In this document: positions 63,507 through 64,000 of the stretch, piece after piece
Layout of the letters: the number at the start of each line of letters is the position of its first letter
How positions within the stretch are numbered: position 1 is the stretch's first letter
Source: Patescibacteria group bacterium
Lineage (GTDB): Bacteria; Patescibacteriota; Patescibacteriia; UBA10025; JAHIVO01
DNA length: 64,000 nucleotides
Assembly (NCBI GenBank): GCA_043808365.1
Contig: JAZDEZ010000007.1
Location: forward strand, 73,637 to 137,636
Direction: 5' to 3'
Made by a program: the position numbers and the translations under genes
Notes under the pieces: generated by a model
What the model saw: the letters and a program-made list of their open reading frames with translations, nothing else
The model's database searches: none
What the model was told of the DNA's origin: nothing

Positions 63507-64000
63507 ATGCAATTCGACCTCATCACCATCTTCCCGGACATCTTCAACTCTTACATCAACGAGAGTATTTTGAAACGGGCGCAAAGAAAGAAGGCGGTCA
63601 CCATTAAAATCCACAATCTCCGGGATTATACGAACGACAAACACAACACGGTTGACGACCGTCCCTACGGCGGCGGTCCCGGCATGGTCATGAAAGTCGA
63701 ACCATTATACCGCTGTCTGAAATCAATCAAGCGGATGAAAAAATCAAAAGTACTCCTCATGTCGCCGAGAGGAAAAATGTTCACCCAGGATGTGGCCAAA
63801 CAATACACCAAACTTGACCAACTAATCTTTATCTGCGGGCATTACGAAGGCATCGACGAACGGATCAACAAATACATTGATGCGGAAATTTCCACCGGCC
63901 AGTACATACTGACCGGGGGCGAATTGCCGGCCATGACCATCATTGACGCGGTCTCAAGACTGCTCCCCGGCGTACTTGGCCACGCAGATTCTCCAAAAGA
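63507..64000 (+). CDS. trmD: tRNA (guanine37-N1)-methyltransferase, 3' end outside the window
   Basis: Not in the ORF track because it runs off the window. Translation from the ATG at 63507 reads [58 protein letters not shown]. Confidence 0.9.
   Translation, partial: MQFDLITIFPDIFNSYINESILKRAQRKKAVTIKIHNLRDYTNDKHNTVDDRPYGGGPGMVMKVEPLYRCLKSIKRMKKSKVLLMSPRGKMFTQDVAKQYTKLDQLIFICGHYEGIDERINKYIDAEISTGQYILTGGELPAMTIIDAVSRLLPGVLGHADSPK

Overview
A 64-kb window from a mid-GC bacterial genome. The gene style suggests an uncultivated, reduced-genome lineage, possibly Patescibacteria/CPR-like; this is inference only. The style consists of compact housekeeping genes mixed with many orphan small genes that have their own sigma70-like promoters and hairpin terminators, TrmB-type regulators, RNase Y plus YmdB, a short SMC and a dockerin/beta-helix surface protein. 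Recognisable core genes are gdh, trxB, trxA, infB, rbfA, nrnA-like, clpP, rny, ymdB, hup, ftsH, rpsA, gyrA, rpmF, nusB, rnc, gap, pyrF, pyrE, a pyrB-like gene, smc, rpsP, a KH-domain gene, lepB and trmD (partial). There is also a large secreted repeat protein that runs off the left edge. I find four intact tRNA genes, all on the minus strand: Ala-GGC, Ala-CGC, Arg-CCU and Ile-UAU. The most unusual feature is the ORF-free tRNA island at 8.6-10.0 kb. There, intact tRNA genes sit on long helices clamped by GC-rich 10-mers (CCCGCCTGCC...GGCGGGCAGG on the plus strand). In two cases the whole cassette interrupts the D-loop of a second tRNA gene with the same anticodon. Members of this clamp family also occur with non-tRNA cargo and show precise insertion without target duplication. 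Related GC-rich hairpins shatter a duplicated tRNA-Ile 5' half, and similar palindromic elements lie in frame inside infB and rpsP. Other points of interest:
- A type III PKS plus B12-type radical SAM operon with a divergent TrmB regulator.
- A tandem array of Asp-less receiver-domain paralogs whose leaders are nearly identical.
- A CsoR/RcnR-family repressor with a TACT-C7-AGTA operator next to the thioredoxin genes.
- Several MITE-like or palindromic repeat families.
- An rpsP-KH-trmD operon split by accessory genes.

No rRNA, CRISPR array, transposase or integrase was seen. All calls come from reading the sequence and the ORF track; no searches were run.
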